A DNA stretch of 32,000 nucleotides from Candidatus Harpocratesius repetitus (GCA_021498095.1 JAIZWK010000001.1:2160001-2192000), one strand, 5' to 3'; shown: positions 16,893 to 25,947, numbered from the stretch's first letter. The notes: a model not told the origin generated them from the letters alone. Numbers and translations: made by a program.

Positions 16893-18104
16893 TCAAGCTA
16901 TTTTCTTTTTCTTTTTTATTTGACTAAGTACCAAAGCAATAATCCCAATGCTTATCACTCCAAGTTTATTGACTGTATATCCTGGAATACTATTATCATC
17001 CGGTAAATCTGATGGAATAATTGTAATTCTAATTTCAATTACTCCTCCAATATAATTTTTCTTGCTTGCTCCTGGAATAATTAATTGGTAGGGTCCCCGT
17101 GAAAATCCAAGATCTTTTCCATCTTTCTGAACCATCAACATTGCCTGTTTTCCTTCGTTTGAAAGTTCAACTGCAGGATCATTAATCATAGTTCCAGTAA
17201 ATCCATTCTCCATTTGCTCTTTAGTAAAAACCATATTTGCTCCATAGCCATCATAAGCGATAAAGGATATATTGTAATTTTCATTAGTTATTTGTTGCAT
17301 TAAGCTGGCAACTGTGAAGCCAGTTGAGAGCGATCTACTCCAACCATACCCTGATGCATTGTCGAAATATCCCCATGTATAACTAGTAAAATTGACTGAA
17401 TTTGTGTTATTTTGGCTGTTGAAATAACCGATTTTTGTTCCATTTACCGTGAAACTTAATGTCCAAGGATCTGTATAATCAATTGATACAATATCCCTAA
17501 CTTTTTGCTTTCCAATTAGGTTCTCTCCCCAGATATAAAAGTTTCCATAATCTGGATTGTAATCATGGAGCCATTGATTATTCCATGCAATCAGAATAAT
17601 AGTAGCGTTGTCAGTCTCAGGATATTTAGAATAATCTGAATCTGCCATTAAGAGTTGAGTTGTATTAATAACAAAACTGTATCCATCTCCCGCTTTAACT
17701 GTGAAATTAAAGATGTCGTTCCATCCAGCAATTTCAAATAAATGTAATGGATTAAAGCCAATTACTGGGTAAAAACTTCCCTCTTTTTCAATTGTATAGT
17801 TTTTCATTTGAAATGTATGATTTTCATAAGTTGTATAGTTAATAATTTGACTCAAAGTAAATAATCTGGAGTAATCTCCCTTATGGAGGGTGATATTTGC
17901 ATCTGGAATATCACCAGCTGGAAAAGTTACATTATTCCATAAATCATCGGCTACGATTGGAACGAGATTATATTTTGATGCCGATTTCATCTTCTCATTG
18001 GAGTATTGAACGTTAGATACAAATGAATTGCTCAAAATCATTAATCCAATTAAAAATCCTAATAACAGAGAATTTGTTATAAATTTTTTCTTCATTTTTA
18101 TCAA
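16893..18104 (-). CDS. Surface glycoprotein-like protein with two molybdopterin-binding-fold domains and Loki-CTERM tail
   Basis: Signal peptide; domain 1 GFNPLHLFE...VKAGDGYS...KVRDIVSI; domain 2 TGFTVASLM...FIAYDGY...KDGKDLGFSRGPYQLIIPG...IEIRI; tail SIPGY-TM-KKKKK; many N-x-S/T sequons. Confidence 0.75.
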   Translation of the reverse strand: MIKMKKKFITNSLLLGFLIGLMILSNSFVSNVQYSNEKMKSASKYNLVPIVADDLWNNVTFPAGDIPDANITLHKGDYSRLFTLSQIINYTTYENHTFQMKNYTIEKEGSFYPVIGFNPLHLFEIAGWNDIFNFTVKAGDGYSFVINTTQLLMADSDYSKYPETDNATIILIAWNNQWLHDYNPDYGNFYIWGENLIGKQKVRDIVSIDYTDPWTLSFTVNGTKIGYFNSQNNTNSVNFTSYTWGYFDNASGYGWSRSLSTGFTVASLMQQITNENYNISFIAYDGYGANMVFTKEQMENGFTGTMINDPAVELSNEGKQAMLMVQKDGKDLGFSRGPYQLIIPGASKKNYIGGVIEIRITIIPSDLPDDNSIPGYTVNKLGVISIGIIALVLSQIKKKKKIA

Positions 18105-18174
18105 ATCTCTTTAAATTTTCTAAGTTTTTCTAATTCTAGCATTTATGTATCAATATATCCATTTTATACTATCT

Positions 18175-18202
18175 TTCGATATGAACAATGATACATAACG
18201 GT
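18175..18202 (-). promoter_or_regulatory. ModE-box-like dyad (candidate molybdate/tungstate-responsive operator) upstream of the ECF operon
   Basis: TTCGATATGAA-CAATGA-TACATAACGGT. The halves are symmetric as CG-N-TATG-N-A with an exact 6-nt spacer, resembling the ModE consensus ATCGNTATATA-N6-TATATANCGAT as recalled. It lies just downstream of TATA-like TTTTATAT (minus strand, 18208-18215). Confidence 0.5.
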
Positions 18203-18471
18203 AAATAATATAAAAGCGACATATTTTTAAATATTTTTCATTATTTTTCTGAGTGATTTTAACATTTCGTCCAAAATTAGAAAAAAAAATTTTGTTTTCT
18301 TGCATTCAACACCAATAAAATGCACAGATACGTCTATTTTATGAGATTCTATGGGCTTTTTAGAATATTTTTAAAAAATCAAGAAAATCAATAAAAAATT
18401 TTGAAAATTCACGATAATTCACAAAATTAAATAAAAAGCTTTTAGAAGTCTGCCTCTCAAAATAACACATT

Positions 18472-19671
18472 ATGGTTACTATCGATTCAAAATGTGTTCA
18501 ACAACTGGTTATTTTTTGCAAAAACTGTGGGCAATGTTCACTTTCTTGCCCAACTCATTTTGTCGGGTTATTTAATCCATTAGGGGTGCTCAGAGATATT
18601 CAAATGGAAGGCCCAGAAGCTGCGATTTTAAATCAACCTATCTTTAACTGTTTTACTTGTAACCGATGCATGGTAAACTGTCCTGGTTCAAATGGACATG
18701 AGGGAATGAGTTTTGGTGAATTAATTAGGGATTTACGCACTTATGCCTATGAAAATCAAATATTGCCTAAAGACTATATTGAGTTTCCAGGAATTGCTAC
18801 CATCTTGACTCACTCATCAGATTTTAAAGAATCTGCAACTAAATTGGAAAATATTCCTGATGTTGATGTTGTTTCTTATTTCTCAAAATCAAATCATTTG
18901 AAAATTGCCTCAAAAGGTGAGATTGCTTATTTTCCTGGTGATCTTCCATTATATCTGCAAAAATATCCACAATATTCTCCTGAATTAATTGAAATTCCAA
19001 CCAGTGTGGTAAAAATTTTAAACCAAGTTGGAATTTCTCCAGTTGTAATAAATATAAAGCCACTAGGGCATGATGACTACTGGGCAGGATTTAGTGATCA
19101 ATTTAAAATTTTGGCAGAAGAGAATGTAAAAATATATCGTACTGCGGGTATAAAACAAATTATTGTAGAATCTGCAGAAGCTTATAGGACGTGGAAATTC
19201 GATTACCCATCTGTAGTTTCTGATTGTGATTTCGAAGTCTATCATCTTAGTGAGTATTTAGAGAAATTTAACTTAATTCACAAATTGATTTTTGATTTCG
19301 ATATCGATGTAAAAATTACAATTATGGATTCAAGTCGATTGGGTCGATTAGGTGGAAAAGTTTATGAACCTCTCAGAAAAATTTTGAAACATTCGCAAGG
19401 CATATCAATTCATGAGTTAGAATCAAATCGAGATGATGCCTATGATTGTGCGATTAGCATCCATTTTCCAGAAAATCAAGAAGTTAAAAAAATGCAAAAT
19501 CAACGATTAAGAGAGATAATAGATGTTGGAGTTGATTATGTAGTAACAACTTCCCCAAAACAGATAATTCATTATTTACATGCTATCCGAAATTCCGATT
19601 TGGAGCAAAGTTCATTTCCTATTATTCAAGATTGGGCAGTGATGCTGAATCGTTTACTTTATAAACAATAA
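18472..19671 (+). CDS. HdrD/GlpC-like Fe-S protein: 2x[4Fe-4S] domain plus two degenerate CCG domains
   Basis: CKNCGQCSLSCP and CFTCNRCMVNCP. The CCG-domain scaffold is recognisable (AYFPG, MDSSRLGR, VVTTSP), but nearly all its cysteines are replaced. Confidence 0.8.
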   Translation: MVTIDSKCVQQLVIFCKNCGQCSLSCPTHFVGLFNPLGVLRDIQMEGPEAAILNQPIFNCFTCNRCMVNCPGSNGHEGMSFGELIRDLRTYAYENQILPKDYIEFPGIATILTHSSDFKESATKLENIPDVDVVSYFSKSNHLKIASKGEIAYFPGDLPLYLQKYPQYSPELIEIPTSVVKILNQVGISPVVINIKPLGHDDYWAGFSDQFKILAEENVKIYRTAGIKQIIVESAEAYRTWKFDYPSVVSDCDFEVYHLSEYLEKFNLIHKLIFDFDIDVKITIMDSSRLGRLGGKVYEPLRKILKHSQGISIHELESNRDDAYDCAISIHFPENQEVKKMQNQRLREIIDVGVDYVVTTSPKQIIHYLHAIRNSDLEQSSFPIIQDWAVMLNRLLYKQ

Positions 19672-19934
19672 GTGATAAATCTTTGATTTTTTCTATTTTT
19701 CTTTGAATTTCTTTTCAAATTTTATATATTATTTCAATTCTTGATTCTCTATTTTAATTCTTGATCCTCTATCTTAATTCTTTTTAATTTTGCTTTATCT
19801 TATTCTTTTATTTTTCGTTAATTATTATTAACAATTATTTTTGCAAAAAATCATATTTTTTGAAAGCAGATTCTTTAATTCGTGAAGATTTCTAATTAAT
19901 TTGATGAAATTTACTTTTTAGGAGAATTAAAAAT

Positions 19935-20372
19935 ATGTTAAAAAAAGGTGAAAAAGTCCCAGAAAATATTGAATTATTCGATCAAAATGGAAAATTATGG
20001 AAATTATCTGATTTTATTGGAAAACGAACTATTTTTTATACATACCCCAAGGACTCTACTCCTGGTTGCACTACTGAGGCTAAAAATTTTCGAGACTCGA
20101 TAAAAGAATATGAGAATGCAAATATAAGAATTGTTGGAATTAGTGCTGATTCTGTCAAATCTCATAAACGATTTGCCGAGAAACACAACCTTCCTTTTAT
20201 TTTATTATCTGATCCTGAGAAAAAGTTTTTAAATCTCTTAGGTTCACTTGAAGGAGGAAGGATAAAGAGAAGAACATGGATTATGGATGAGCAAGGAAGA
20301 ATTGAGAAGGTATTTGAAAAAGTATCCGCTTCTAAGCATAATACCGAATTATGTGAGTATCTACTTAATTAG
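19935..20372 (+). CDS. bcp: BCP/PrxQ peroxiredoxin
   Basis: YPKDSTPGCTTEA peroxidatic motif, VGISADSVKSHKRFAEKHNLPFILLSD, conserved Arg in RRTW; GGAG SD upstream. Confidence 0.92.
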   Translation: MLKKGEKVPENIELFDQNGKLWKLSDFIGKRTIFYTYPKDSTPGCTTEAKNFRDSIKEYENANIRIVGISADSVKSHKRFAEKHNLPFILLSDPEKKFLNLLGSLEGGRIKRRTWIMDEQGRIEKVFEKVSASKHNTELCEYLLN

Positions 20373-20458
20373 CAATATGAAATACCTTTCAGATTTAATA
20401 GATAAAAGAAATATATTTACCAAAAATCAAAAAAAAAAAAAAAAAGAATAATCATACT

Positions 20459-20821
20459 CTAAAATGTAATTATCTTATATCCTCTATCAATATATGATAC
20501 CATTGAAGGATGTCCGTTCATATCTCCGACAACAGGGAGATTTTCTGCTATTACATCATCAATGACTCCCATTTTGGTAGAACAGACGCGACACACTGCT
20601 GAAATCAGACCTGCTTCTTTAACTTTTTTATACAAATCAAAAAATGGATGATCTGGTTGATCTCTGAATGTTTTTATTAATTTTGTTGCAGTTCCTTCAA
20701 CTACAATTGTTACATCATAATCTTGGGAGCGCATATGTAAAGCATTAAGTAGTACATGTAGAAAGCACATCATATCTCCATTAAATGCAAATAAACAGAA
20801 TTGTAAGGACATTTGAATCAA
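20459..20821 (-). CDS. DsrE/DsrF-like family protein
   Basis: FAFNGDMMCFLHVLLNA, IVVEGTA, VCRVCS, GHPSM pattern of small DsrE-fold proteins. Confidence 0.75.
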   Translation of the reverse strand: MIQMSLQFCLFAFNGDMMCFLHVLLNALHMRSQDYDVTIVVEGTATKLIKTFRDQPDHPFFDLYKKVKEAGLISAVCRVCSTKMGVIDDVIAENLPVVGDMNGHPSMVSYIDRGYKIITF

Positions 20822-20946
20822 ATAAAGATATACGTTTAGCTTGATAAATAATTCTTTTTAAAGATATTACAATTTTTATATATAGCGGTGTCTTATCTAC
20901 ATTCAACCAGAACATTTTAAATTAGGGCGCGCTTGGTGAAAAAACA

Positions 20947-21981
20947 ATGAATTCTAATGATGTTGTAATTGAACTTCAACATTTAACTAAAAATTTTGGT
21001 AAATTTACCGCGGTTAAGAATATTTCACTTGAAATTCATCGAGGAGAGTGTTTAGGATTTTTAGGGCCAAATGGTGCCGGAAAATCAACTACTATGAAGA
21101 TGATTGCCTATCTTTTACGACCCAGTAAAGGAATCATTAAAATTAGAACAGATGGCCAGTTAAAATCTTTAAATGGACAAAATAAGGATAGATTGTTGGA
21201 ACATGTTGGATTCTTAATTGAAAATCCGCGTTTTTATAAAAACAGTACACCTCGACAAATTTTGACATATTTTGCTAAATTGAAGGGATATCCTCGTCAA
21301 CAAATTAAATCACGGGTAGAACAAATTGTTTCTATGATGGGATTAAATAAGTGGATTGATGAAAAACTGCATAAATTTTCGAAAGGAATGCGACAAAAAG
21401 TTGGAATTTTGAGTGCGATTGTTCATGATCCAGATATTCTTATCTTTGATGAACCTTATACCGGATTAGATCCTGCGGTTAGAATAGAAGTACGAGATTT
21501 TATATTAAAATTGAAAGAAATGGGAAAAACTGTTTTCCTCAGTAGTCATCTATTATATGAAATCAGTGAGGTTGCTGACCGCATTGCAATAATTTCTCAT
21601 GGAAGAATTATTGCATGCGATACTTTAGAGAATCTCGAACAACAAGCTCAAAGTAGTAAAATTCATTTAGAAGTTTTAAATGCAAAGGAAATAGGTTCCT
21701 CGTTAATTACAAAACTATATGAAATTTTGCAGAATTATATTGCAGCTAATTCTATTTCATATTATGATGATGGATCGTATTATACAATCAAATTTGATGG
21801 AAATCCAAATAAGCAGCATCAAATCTTGAAATTACTAATTGAGAATGATATTAAAGTACTTGAATTTTCTGTTCCTAAAGCAGGATTGTTAGAATCTTTA
21901 TATCTTGATTACATTTCAAAAAGCGAAGATCAAGCTTTACAAGAGCAGAAAACGGCAATTAAAGTGGAGGCGATTTTATAA
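20947..21981 (+). CDS. ABC-2 type exporter ATP-binding protein
   Basis: GPNGAGKSTT, FSKGM signature, ILIFDEP, SSH. Confidence 0.92.
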   Translation: MNSNDVVIELQHLTKNFGKFTAVKNISLEIHRGECLGFLGPNGAGKSTTMKMIAYLLRPSKGIIKIRTDGQLKSLNGQNKDRLLEHVGFLIENPRFYKNSTPRQILTYFAKLKGYPRQQIKSRVEQIVSMMGLNKWIDEKLHKFSKGMRQKVGILSAIVHDPDILIFDEPYTGLDPAVRIEVRDFILKLKEMGKTVFLSSHLLYEISEVADRIAIISHGRIIACDTLENLEQQAQSSKIHLEVLNAKEIGSSLITKLYEILQNYIAANSISYYDDGSYYTIKFDGNPNKQHQILKLLIENDIKVLEFSVPKAGLLESLYLDYISKSEDQALQEQKTAIKVEAIL

Positions 21982-22833
21982 ATGGCAGTAGAATTGCAAA
22001 AAGAGCAAGATCGTAACTATAGTCGTCAAAGACGCATTACTCAAATAATTGATACAATTTATTTTGAAATTCAATTAAATATTCGAAAAATGATTATTTT
22101 AGGTATTGTAGCATTAGGAATATTTATTTTATCTTTATTTTTAGGTTTATGGCAATTGAACAATAACTCTGAAGCTTTTCCTACCGTCGAATCATATATT
22201 TTAAACTATCTTTCTTTTATTCGGTTGTTTATCCTAATTTTAGCCGTAAGTTACGGTTCTAATATGATTGTTATAGATTTTCAAGAACAAACAGGTAATA
22301 TCATTTTTCCAAAAATTTCCAAAGATCGGCTCTTTTTAGGTCGATTTTTGAGTAGGATCATCCAAGGAGGGATTATTATTCTATTTTATTATTGGTTAAT
22401 CCTTATTCCCATTTACTTTGAATTTCACTTGATTCCAATTGATTTTTGGAAAAGCTTAGGATTTGCACTTTTTTATTTTGTTGATCTCTTAGCATTTTGC
22501 ATCCTTTTTAGTGCTATTGCAAAAAGAACAAGTGGTGCTGTAATCATAAGCTTATTAATAATAATTATTGCATTTCCAATTATTAATTCTATTTTCTCTC
22601 TAACAACTGATTTTGAACCACTATTCCTGTTAGATTATTATGGAAATATTATATCATCTATTTTAAATATGCCAGAGCCTCGGTTTTCATCAATAGAAAT
22701 TGAAGGTTTGACAATCTATACATGGTTTACTCCCAGTGTTAGAGATGCATTAATCGGATTAAGTATTTATCTTCTGATTATGCTAGGAATCGCCTTTATT
22801 ATATATTTTTTTCGGCAGGTAGAAGAACAATGA
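21982..22833 (+). CDS. ABC-2 type exporter permease
   Basis: Abuts the ATPase gene; about 6 TM with EQTG...ISKDRLFLGRF EAA-like loop. Confidence 0.85.
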   Translation: MAVELQKEQDRNYSRQRRITQIIDTIYFEIQLNIRKMIILGIVALGIFILSLFLGLWQLNNNSEAFPTVESYILNYLSFIRLFILILAVSYGSNMIVIDFQEQTGNIIFPKISKDRLFLGRFLSRIIQGGIIILFYYWLILIPIYFEFHLIPIDFWKSLGFALFYFVDLLAFCILFSAIAKRTSGAVIISLLIIIIAFPIINSIFSLTTDFEPLFLLDYYGNIISSILNMPEPRFSSIEIEGLTIYTWFTPSVRDALIGLSIYLLIMLGIAFIIYFFRQVEEQ

Positions 22834-23126
22834 AAACTCTAATTCTATTTTTTTCCTATTTTAATTTTTTATTTAAATGCATTTTAAGGAATTATTTCCA
22901 ATATGATTTCTAAGAGTGATACTAATTAAACGAGTCAAAATGAATAATGTCGTTTGTTAAGAGTTTTTAATATTAACCCATTAACTTTATTCATAAATGT
23001 TTCGATCTTTAATCAAATACTTATTTGAGCAAAAATTGTCTCTTTTTTCTGAATATTGGAAAAATTCGAATTGGAAATCTTAAATAGATTACATTTTTTT
23101 ATTGATTATTGTTAGGTGTATTTTCA

Positions 23127-23420
23127 ATGAAAACATTTCTGAAAAAAAAGATGGCTAAAGCCGCAGAACAAAGAGAACAAGAGTTACATTATCTATTAGA
23201 TGGTTTTTCTGCCGAATTGGAAGAAATGAAGAAGAAATTAGCCAATTTAACCTATCAAATTGAGTTTTTTGGGGCAACTCCAGAATTAACTGAAAAAAAG
23301 CAAGACTGTGAAGTTATGATGGCTTGGATCAAAAACCAATTTGAAGAAATTAATAATTCTTTAGATTCTCATTCCTCTTCTTATTCGTCTTCTCATTCTC
23401 AACCTCTTTATACAAGTTGA
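23127..23420 (+). CDS. Small hypothetical helical protein with Ser-rich tail
   Basis: AGGTG SD 8 nt before ATG 23127; amphipathic helical composition. Confidence 0.6.
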   Translation: MKTFLKKKMAKAAEQREQELHYLLDGFSAELEEMKKKLANLTYQIEFFGATPELTEKKQDCEVMMAWIKNQFEEINNSLDSHSSSYSSSHSQPLYTS

Positions 23421-23484
23421 GATTAAAAAATAAAAAAGAAAGTATTTTTTTTTAAAATTGAAAGAATTGATAAAAAAAGACATT

Positions 23485-24729
23485 TTACGAGTATTTTTCG
23501 ACAAACAACTTAATTATATTCAATATTACCTGCACTGCTTTTTCCATAGCTGGGATAGGAATAAACTCTTTTTTACTATGAAAATTATATCCACCTGTAA
23601 AAATATTGGGTGTAGGCATTCCTTCAAATGAAAAACGTGCTCCATCGGTCCCTCCCCGAATTGGTTCTTCAATAACTTCTAAATCTGCAAGTTGAATCGC
23701 TTTTTTAGCAATTTGAACCACTTCTGGATATTGATCTAGAATTACTTTCATATTTCGATAAGATTTCTTAATTTTCACTTCAATAGGAAAATCAGGATGT
23801 TTGGATTGAATTTTCCTTACTCCTTCTTTAATATGGTTTATTTGCCGTTCCAAATCTTGTTCATCAAAATTTCTAAGAATAAACATTAATTTTGTTTCAT
23901 CGGTAGAAGATTGGAGATGAATAGGATAGTAATATGGTTCATAATCTTTTGTTGTTTCAGGTGCTTGATCGGGTGGGAAAAGTGATAGGATTTCAGGAAC
24001 TAAATGCATGCTGTTTTTCATTTTCCCAAAAGCTGATCCTGGGTGAACATTATAACCTTTTACTACTATTTTTCCACTAGCTGCATTGAAATTTTCTATT
24101 TCAATTCCACCCATTCTTCCACCGTCAATGGTATATCCATATTTTGCACCAATTTCTGAAACAGAAATTGAATCTGCTCCTTTTCCAACTTCTTCATCTG
24201 GTGTAAACACTATCTTTATCGTTCCATGTTTGATCTCTGAATTTTTTGAGAGAAATGATAATGCTGTCATAATTTCAGCAATTCCTGCTTTATCATCTGC
24301 ACCAAGTAAAGTCGTTCCATCGGTAATAATCAATTCTGAATTAATAAATCGGGATAAATCGGGGATTTCTTCAATATTAATGGACAATTCCAGATTATTT
24401 TCTAAGTAAATGGGTTCTCCAGTAAATTTTACGATCCTTGGATGAACATTTTCACCTGGTGCTGCAGGTGAAGTATCTATGTGAGAATTGAAACATATGA
24501 TTGGAATTTTTTGAGTTATTTCATCTGGTAAATTGCTTGGAATTGTGGCTATTACAACTCCTTTTTCAGTTAACTTCACATCGGAATATCCTAAACTTTT
24601 AATTTCATCTACTAAAAGTTTTCCTAAATTAAATTGACGATCGGTACTAGGGATTTTATCAATTCCTTCTTGGCTTGTTGTATGAATTGATACATATTTA
24701 AGAAAACGTTCAACTACTTCGGAATTCAT
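23485..24729 (-). CDS. pepT: Peptidase T (tripeptide aminopeptidase, M20B)
   Basis: ERFLKYV, SHIDTS, TDGTTLLGADDKAG, FTPDEEVG, HPG, IRGGTDG, NFHS motifs. Confidence 0.95.
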   Translation of the reverse strand: MNSEVVERFLKYVSIHTTSQEGIDKIPSTDRQFNLGKLLVDEIKSLGYSDVKLTEKGVVIATIPSNLPDEITQKIPIICFNSHIDTSPAAPGENVHPRIVKFTGEPIYLENNLELSINIEEIPDLSRFINSELIITDGTTLLGADDKAGIAEIMTALSFLSKNSEIKHGTIKIVFTPDEEVGKGADSISVSEIGAKYGYTIDGGRMGGIEIENFNAASGKIVVKGYNVHPGSAFGKMKNSMHLVPEILSLFPPDQAPETTKDYEPYYYPIHLQSSTDETKLMFILRNFDEQDLERQINHIKEGVRKIQSKHPDFPIEVKIKKSYRNMKVILDQYPEVVQIAKKAIQLADLEVIEEPIRGGTDGARFSFEGMPTPNIFTGGYNFHSKKEFIPIPAMEKAVQVILNIIKLFVEKYS

Positions 24730-24839
24730 GGTTGAAATTTAAGAAAGGAAGAAAAAAAAGGTTTTTATTTTAATTTTTGTCTTTTCAATTTTCATTTTTT
24801 CTATAATTAAGTAAGGAAGAATTATAAATAGAAAATAGA

Positions 24840-25835
24840 TTAAGAAGATGGAATTTTCTTTAGTTCACGCTTTTTTTCAGAATTTCCTTTCTCTTTCTTG
24901 TCTTTATTTGATTCTTTTCCCTTTTGATAAATTTCAATACCTTGTACTTCATTGTTTTTACAATAAATTCTTAACAAATTTGATTCAATGTCAATATTTC
25001 CATCTGGAATATTCTCCATTTTAGACCATTGAATTTCTTCTACTTCTTTACCAAAAAGAGTCGAAATCATACGTTTTGGTGCATAAACAGAGTTTCCAAT
25101 AATAATGTTCATCCGAGTTAAATTTTCAGGAGGTGTGGATTCAAGTATCAAATCTAAGATTTCTTTTTCAATTTCCTTAGAAATCTTGGATGATGAATAA
25201 GGTTTAGGAGAATATGATTGAGTAGTATGTCTTTTTCTTGGAATAGGATTAGAAATTATTGTTTTATTATAAGATGAGACTGAGCTACTCTTTGATGAAG
25301 CTAAATTTTGACTTCCTTTGGCGACAGCTTTTTGTTTGGCTTTCTGGATTTTCTCTAACTGTTTCTGTTCTTCAAGAATTGGGCTCCAATATTCTTCTTT
25401 TTCTTTCTTTTTAGTGTTTTTTCCTTTTAATAATTGTTCTTCTTCTAGTTTTCTTCGTTCTTCATTTCGTAAGTAATACATATCTTCAGGTTTTTCTTCT
25501 TCTGAAACTTCGTAAGAATTGATATTAAATGCTCGTAAGAACTCAATAGGTTCGTCTCCTGCGTCTACACTTACTATTTTTAAATGCATTCCTAATTTTG
25601 CAGATTCTTCTTGAATTTTACTTCCTACTCGGGAAGAGATAAATCTTTGACGGACTGGAGATTTTGGACCCTTCCATATAAAAATTCTGCGGATATCATA
25701 GCGAACTAGTAAAAAAACTCCTTCACTTGTAAATAAACTGGACACCTCTTCCATGGGAACATCCAATTCTTCCTTATCGCCTTCGTGGGTCAATTGAAAT
25801 ACTCGGAAATCCCTATAATCTGAATCTAAATTCAT
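24840..25835 (-). CDS. Asgard gelsolin-domain protein (single gelsolin domain plus C-terminal domain; 1DGelX-like)
   Basis: N-terminal FTSEGVFLL...RIFIWKGPKS...VDAGDEPIEFL gelsolin-repeat pattern, charged/Ser-rich linker, folded C-terminal domain, terminal RELKKIP. Confidence 0.78.
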   Translation of the reverse strand: MNLDSDYRDFRVFQLTHEGDKEELDVPMEEVSSLFTSEGVFLLVRYDIRRIFIWKGPKSPVRQRFISSRVGSKIQEESAKLGMHLKIVSVDAGDEPIEFLRAFNINSYEVSEEEKPEDMYYLRNEERRKLEEEQLLKGKNTKKKEKEEYWSPILEEQKQLEKIQKAKQKAVAKGSQNLASSKSSSVSSYNKTIISNPIPRKRHTTQSYSPKPYSSSKISKEIEKEILDLILESTPPENLTRMNIIIGNSVYAPKRMISTLFGKEVEEIQWSKMENIPDGNIDIESNLLRIYCKNNEVQGIEIYQKGKESNKDKKEKGNSEKKRELKKIPSS

Positions 25836-25947
25836 TCGTTTCTCCTCATCTAAGAATAATCAATATATAATTCGTATGTTGCTCTTATAAAAAATACTTT
25901 TCTTTAGAAATTTTTGAAATATTTTTCAAAAAAAACTAGGAATAATT

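Noticed and set aside
18472-19671. Selenocysteine or stop-codon recoding as the explanation for missing CCG cysteines
   Set aside because: The substituted positions are ordinary sense codons in a continuous ORF.
19741-19780. Intergenic 20-bp tandem duplication (TTGATTCTCTATTTTAATTC / TTGATCCTCTATCTTAATTC)
   Set aside because: Real (18/20 identity) but only two copies in a pyrimidine-rich terminator region; no evidence of function.
12696-20186. Short ORFs 12696..12908, 16172..16369, 18839..19063, 19063..19245 and 20004..20186
   Set aside because: Alternate-frame or antisense ORFs inside motif-supported genes.
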